A stretch of DNA of 64,000 nt from Deltaproteobacteria bacterium (GTDB lineage: Bacteria; Desulfobacterota_D; UBA1144; Nemesobacterales; CSP1-2), in assembly GCA_052390235.1 (NCBI GenBank), contig JBQTHB010000004.1, forward strand, positions 70,986 to 134,985. Direction: 5' to 3'. The translations under genes were made by a program, and so were the position numbers. Under the pieces are notes generated by a model, which made no database searches, had not been told where the DNA came from, and saw only the letters and a program-made list of their open reading frames with translations. This document shows, piece by piece, positions 59,286 to 64,000 of the stretch (its first letter is position 1; every line of letters begins with the position of its first letter).

Positions 59286-60701
59286 TCACCGCCCCCTGAT
59301 GCCGCTCCTCCGGCTCGCCAAATAAACCGCCGGCGCAGATAGCCAGCCCAGAGCCTCTCCGGCAATGAGTGAAACGGCGAGCTTCCAGCAGTTCTTGAGC
59401 GTTTCCGGGCTTTCGGTGAATTTGCCCGATTTGGCGTCGAAAAGAAAATATTTACTCGAGGCGTGGGAAAACGGCAGAGGCTCTGGGCCTGGGCTTATGC
59501 ACACATCGAATCCGCCCGCGAGAATTTTCGCCAGCGCTGAAATTGTACTCATAGTTGACTGCCTGTAGTTATTAAACACTATGAAATCCACCCCTAGGTC
59601 TCTGAATAAGTTCTGCCGCTCGGATTGAATCAAAAGAGTTATCCTGCGGTTTGGATTCCCGGATTTAATTAGCTCGGCGACGCGCTTAATCTCGGCGAGT
59701 TTGCCATTTGGAAGTATCAGCGCGCTCGACTCCGCTTTTAGCCCCAAATCCTCGATTGAAAGCCCCCCGCCGGCCGCGGAGGCTGATGCCGGGCTAATAT
59801 TCGCCTTATAGAAATTCCCGTTAATGAAATCCCGCACTCCGCGCCCTATCAATCTTGCGGTATCGTTGAGACCAACGAGATGCGAATAGACCCAGCCCTT
59901 GCCCGCGTTCCTTAGGATTTTTAGGATGTATATGAAACTTCTGATGCCGCTATGGTGTTTGCTGACGGTAAGAAGCCCGTTTCTTATGTCGTAGTAAAAC
60001 ATGAGCAGGCTCGCGGGTTTGTCCTCTATCCCGTGATAAGCCCTTGATGCAGGCGAGGCTTTAATTCGATAGCCCGCCGCCTTCGCCCGCAGCGACAGGT
60101 CAATGTCGTCCCAATGAATGAAATAACGCTCATCCATCACCCCGATTTTCCGAATGACCTCTGTCCTCACCAGAGCTGAGCAGGCGGCTACATAGTCCAC
60201 CTCGACGGCATCTTGGAGCTTCAAATCACGGGCTTTTTCATTTCTCAGGTTCGCCCTCCACGTTCCGGCGTTCCACTCAATAAAAGCCCCAAGCTCGACT
60301 ATAGATTCCCTGTCGGCTTCCATTATCATCGAGCCTATAATGCCCGCCTTCGGGTCGCTGCGCATGGATTGGACGAGTGCGGCGAGGGTTTCCTTTTCCA
60401 CCGAGGCGTCGTTATCGAGTAGCCAGATGAACTCGTATCCCCCTTTCTCTACGGCGCGTCTCATGCCGGTATTAAATCCTCCCGTGCCGCCCAAGTTCTT
60501 GGGGTTTACGATAAGCTCCACTGCGGGGAATTCGGCTCTAATTGATTCCGCTGTGCCGTCCGTGGAGGCGTTATCAACGACTAGGGTGTCGAAATTTTCA
60601 TAATTCAAATCCTTGAGCGAGCCCAGGAGGCTCAGGACGAAATCCCTCTTATTCCAAGTTACAATGACGATTGCCACTTTGGGCTGAGCGGGCGGGTTCA
60701 T
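59286..60701 (-). CDS. Glycosyltransferase family 2 with C-terminal extension
   Basis: IVIVTWN, VDNASTDG, NLGGTGGFN, LLDND and YFIHWDDIDL. Confidence 0.9.
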   Translation of the reverse strand: MNPPAQPKVAIVIVTWNKRDFVLSLLGSLKDLNYENFDTLVVDNASTDGTAESIRAEFPAVELIVNPKNLGGTGGFNTGMRRAVEKGGYEFIWLLDNDASVEKETLAALVQSMRSDPKAGIIGSMIMEADRESIVELGAFIEWNAGTWRANLRNEKARDLKLQDAVEVDYVAACSALVRTEVIRKIGVMDERYFIHWDDIDLSLRAKAAGYRIKASPASRAYHGIEDKPASLLMFYYDIRNGLLTVSKHHSGIRSFIYILKILRNAGKGWVYSHLVGLNDTARLIGRGVRDFINGNFYKANISPASASAAGGGLSIEDLGLKAESSALILPNGKLAEIKRVAELIKSGNPNRRITLLIQSERQNLFRDLGVDFIVFNNYRQSTMSTISALAKILAGGFDVCISPGPEPLPFSHASSKYFLFDAKSGKFTESPETLKNCWKLAVSLIAGEALGWLSAPAVYLASRRSGIRGR

Positions 60702-60709
60702 GGGGGAAA

Positions 60710-61432
60710 TTATAATGCGCTTTCTCGGATTTCGCCCTGCCGGATAAATATGAAGCGGTCGGCAATTTCATCGAGTTGCCTGCGGTTGTGGGAGACGACT
60801 ATCATGGTTTTGCCGGCGGCTTTGAGCTTTTTCACCTTTTCGATGCACTTTTGCTGAAACCCCTCGTCCCCTACGGCTAGGATTTCATCAATCAGCAAAA
60901 TGTCCGCCGAGCTGTGAACGGCTATCGAGAATCCGAGTTTTACGTACATACCGGAGGAGTATTTCTTCACTGGCATATCTAAGAATCTGGGCGCGATTTC
61001 TGAGAATTCTATTATGGAGTGCATCTGCGATTTAATCTCCGAGACCGACATCCCGATAATAGTCCCGTTCATGAAGATGTTTTCCCTGCCCGTGAGGTCG
61101 GGATGAAACCCCGCGCCGACGGCAATAAGCGGGGCGATGCGCCCGCCGACGCTGACCTCTCCTGCCGTGGGATATGTAACCTGCGCTAGGAGTTTTAGAA
61201 TAGTCGTTTTCCCTGAGCCGTTAGCCCCCCAGAGCGCGACGCACTCGCCCGAGTTGACCTCGATATTCACGTCCCTAAGCGCCCAGAACTCCCCCTCGCG
61301 GAGCGCGGCGGAATCCGTCCTGCCGCTCCAGAGGGATATGATGTCCTCACGCAGGGATTTATGAAATGCGTCTCTTGTCGAATATTTTTTCCACACTCCT
61401 TTGAGCGCTATCCGGCGGGGATTAGATGACAT
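60710..61432 (-). CDS. wzt: Polysaccharide ABC exporter ATP-binding subunit (Wzt/TagH-like)
   Basis: FWALRD, GANGSGKT, GFHPDLTGREN, YSSGM and DEILAVGD. Confidence 0.9.
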   Translation of the reverse strand: MSSNPRRIALKGVWKKYSTRDAFHKSLREDIISLWSGRTDSAALREGEFWALRDVNIEVNSGECVALWGANGSGKTTILKLLAQVTYPTAGEVSVGGRIAPLIAVGAGFHPDLTGRENIFMNGTIIGMSVSEIKSQMHSIIEFSEIAPRFLDMPVKKYSSGMYVKLGFSIAVHSSADILLIDEILAVGDEGFQQKCIEKVKKLKAAGKTMIVVSHNRRQLDEIADRFIFIRQGEIRESAL

Positions 61433-62201
61433 CTGCAAACGCTCGCTCGGTTTTGATGAAGTACCTGTAGGAGGCAACGTAGAATATCCCGACGATGAGG
61501 GATACAAGCGCGAATTGCCAGAGCGCTACCCCTCGTCCCTCGACAACGCATCGGCGCATATTCTCGATAATAAACGTGAGGGGGTTTAGGAATATCAAAA
61601 CTTTTACCTTCGCATCGAGCTTGTCAATTGAATACAGCACCGGAGAGGCGAAAAAAAGTAGCTGAATTAAGAACCCCGTGGCGAGCTTTACATCCCTGTA
61701 ATAGACGTTCACGCTTGCAAGCACGAGGGACATGGACACTGTGAATATAAACAGGAGGGCAAAGAGCGGGAATATCCAAAGGGCGGCGAGCGTGAGGGGG
61801 ATTTCGTAAATCAAGAGAATCACGCCGAAAAAAAGGGATGCGATGAGGTAGTCGAGGAGGGCGACTAGAGCGCCTGAGAGGGGGAGAATCTCGCGCGGAA
61901 AATAGATTTTCGTGATGATCTCGTGGTGGCTGGTGAGGCTTGGAATCGAGTAATTAAGCGAGGATGAGAAAAACATCCACGGCAGAAGACCGGCAAAGAA
62001 AAAAACGACGTGCGGATACGGCGAAACCTCGACCTTCAGGACGTATGAGAAGATAAAGGTGAAAAGAGCCATCATGCTCAGCGGCTGAACCACTGCCCAC
62101 AGAGCGCCAATGGCGGACTGCCGGTATCTTATGGCAAACTCGCGCCACGTGAATATGAAAAACAGGTCTCGGTACGGGTAGAGCCGCTTTATGATTTCCA
62201 T
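61422..62201 (-). CDS. wzm: Polysaccharide ABC exporter permease (Wzm/TagG-like)
   Basis: IRYRQSAIGALW, KIYFPRE, NVYYRD, FASPVLY, LNPL and ERAFADVI. Confidence 0.9.
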   Translation of the reverse strand: MEIIKRLYPYRDLFFIFTWREFAIRYRQSAIGALWAVVQPLSMMALFTFIFSYVLKVEVSPYPHVVFFFAGLLPWMFFSSSLNYSIPSLTSHHEIITKIYFPREILPLSGALVALLDYLIASLFFGVILLIYEIPLTLAALWIFPLFALLFIFTVSMSLVLASVNVYYRDVKLATGFLIQLLFFASPVLYSIDKLDAKVKVLIFLNPLTFIIENMRRCVVEGRGVALWQFALVSLIVGIFYVASYRYFIKTERAFADVI

Positions 62202-62299
62202 CTCACCAGTCTGTCGAAGAACGCGAATCAAAATCAAAAAAAGCTACCGCTTCTAGTAGTTGGCGTTTCGCGGTTAAAGTCGCCTCGCAGCCAACCCCG

Positions 62300-63202
62300 C
62301 TAATTATACTCGATTTTCCTCCCCGTTATTGCGTAGAAAATCCCGACGGCAAAGCCGAGGCTAAAGCGCGCCTGCATCCGGTTTTTCCGCGTCGGCGCGA
62401 GATAGAGCGGCAGAAATCGAAGCCCATTTGCGAGGAGCATCAGCCAAATTGGGAGCGGATACCTCTCTCTAAGCCTCGTAAAAGAGTATCCCACAGCCGC
62501 CGCCTTTCGGATGTTGCCCGTTACCAGTGGCGGGTGCATATATTGAAGCCCGCTCGATTTATGAAACTCCCTGCCCGAAGCCACAAACCTCACGACAAAC
62601 TCAACGTCCTCCTGCCCGATAATCTCCGCGACAAACCCTCCGAGTTCCCGAATCGCATCCCTTCTGTAGGCGACGCACCGGTTCGTTGGGAAATACGGGT
62701 CATGGAAATCGTATCTCCCCTCGATGATGGAGTAGCTCGCGCTCCCAAGCGGCACAATCGCCTCCGCCCGTTGCGATTCAAACTCTCGCGCCAGGCGGCT
62801 TAGGAAGTCCGGCTGTAAAATCACTGTGTCGTCGTCCAGAAATAGGATAATCCGCCCCCTGGATTCGACGAGTCCGAGGTTTCTAGCCCATCCCATGAGT
62901 CCGAAATTATCCTGGAGCCGCAGATACCTGACATTGAGGCGGGAGCTAAACCTCTGGGCTTCAGCCGCTCCCTCAGGCGTGCCGCCGCGGTCCTCAACGA
63001 GGAGAACCTCGAACCGCTCCTTGGGGAAATCCTGTCCGGCGAGGCTGTGAAGGATTCCTTTTAGAAGCTCCGCCCTGCCCCAGAAATTAATGACGCACGA
63101 GATGTCAACCTCGCCCCCGCTATCGGGGATTTGGGCATCTGCCCTGAGAGGGAAGGGGAATAGCCATCGAGCGATTTTGATTGTCTCGGTTCTTAGATTC
63201 AT
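62300..63202 (-). CDS. Glycosyltransferase family 2
   Basis: FEVLLVED, ARNLG, ILFLDDD, LGGF and EDVEF. Confidence 0.88.
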   Translation of the reverse strand: MNLRTETIKIARWLFPFPLRADAQIPDSGGEVDISCVINFWGRAELLKGILHSLAGQDFPKERFEVLLVEDRGGTPEGAAEAQRFSSRLNVRYLRLQDNFGLMGWARNLGLVESRGRIILFLDDDTVILQPDFLSRLAREFESQRAEAIVPLGSASYSIIEGRYDFHDPYFPTNRCVAYRRDAIRELGGFVAEIIGQEDVEFVVRFVASGREFHKSSGLQYMHPPLVTGNIRKAAAVGYSFTRLRERYPLPIWLMLLANGLRFLPLYLAPTRKNRMQARFSLGFAVGIFYAITGRKIEYN

Positions 63203-63292
63203 CTGCAGGCTTTTGAAATTATACGCCCAAGCGGGTTTATTTATAGCCCGCGAAGTCCTGATTTCAGCTTGTTTTGCGAGGTTCGATGCCTC

Positions 63293-63320
63293 TTGACAAA
63301 GCCCTTTCGGTGTTTATCTT
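63293..63320 (+). promoter_or_regulatory. sigma70 promoter of groESL
   Basis: TTGACA-N16-TATCTT immediately upstream of the CIRCE element. Confidence 0.65.
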
Positions 63321-63330
63321 TATTGGCGAG

Positions 63331-63357
63331 TTAGCACACTGCAAAACCGAGTGCTAA
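63331..63357 (+). promoter_or_regulatory. CIRCE element (HrcA operator)
   Basis: TTAGCACAC-N9-GAGTGCTAA, one mismatch to the consensus TTAGCACTC-N9-GAGTGCTAA; upstream of groES. Confidence 0.93.
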
Positions 63358-63397
63358 ATCCCCATCACATTTTAAATCATTGCAAGGAGGTATTAGC

Positions 63398-63688
63398 ATG
63401 AAGGTAAGGCCTCTCAACGATAAAGTCTTAGTAAAAAGACTCGATACGGACGAGAAAACCAAAGGTGGCATCATCATTCCCGAAACGGCGAAGGAAAAGC
63501 CGCAAGAGGGGAGAGTCATTGCAGTAGGCAGAGGACGGATACTTGAAGACGGTGGAATTAAGCCGCTCGACTTGAAAGCCGGAGACAAAGTGCTATTCGG
63601 GAAGTACGGCGGCACGGACATTAAGGTTGAAGGCGAGGATTATCTAATTGTTAGGGAAGAGGACATTTTAGCCGTAGTCGAGGGGTAA
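63398..63688 (+). CDS. groES: Co-chaperonin GroES
   Basis: [27 protein letters not shown] and KYGGT. Confidence 0.98.
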   Translation: MKVRPLNDKVLVKRLDTDEKTKGGIIIPETAKEKPQEGRVIAVGRGRILEDGGIKPLDLKAGDKVLFGKYGGTDIKVEGEDYLIVREEDILAVVEG

Positions 63689-63708
63689 TTTAATAACAAG
63701 AATCCTAA

Positions 63709-64000
<292 letters not shown>

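Overview
Gene-dense bacterial chromosome segment from a diderm. Gene content and synteny suggest a deltaproteobacteria-like/Desulfobacterota-related lineage such as Ca. Dadabacteria (inference only). Most of the window is housekeeping: sucD, hisD-hisC, lgt-lnt, tolB, tRNA-Ser/ffs/dnaX/ybaB/recR, yicC, purD, glmU-glmS, ssb, hemH-hemY, hflK-hflC, trxB, hisIE, rpoZ and CIRCE-groES-groEL. The best candidate for an undescribed system is a translationally coupled two-gene cassette at 2055-8266 (minus strand). It encodes a SNF2/DrmD-like helicase followed by a sacsin/NOV-like GHKL ATPase with repeated modules and a degenerate C-terminal HNH-like zinc domain. It has no methylase or integrase and is plausibly an anti-phage module. 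Other notable items: (1) a divergent secreted nuclease/5'-nucleotidase pair with mirror-image four-unit Pho-box-like promoters; (2) two tandem FmdB-type zinc-ribbon paralogues, each split by a ~75-aa insertion; (3) an XRE / output-less membrane sensor / FxLYD lipoprotein operon; (4) a sulfotransferase-containing Wzm/Wzt glycan locus; (5) a candidate structured 5' leader; (6) an unannotated small membrane ORF fused to the lgt operon; (7) a frameshifted YkvA gene; (8) degenerate REP-like repeats; (9) several apparently leaderless promoters. No CRISPR array, rRNA, transposase or integrase was seen. All calls come from manual motif recognition; no database searches were run.
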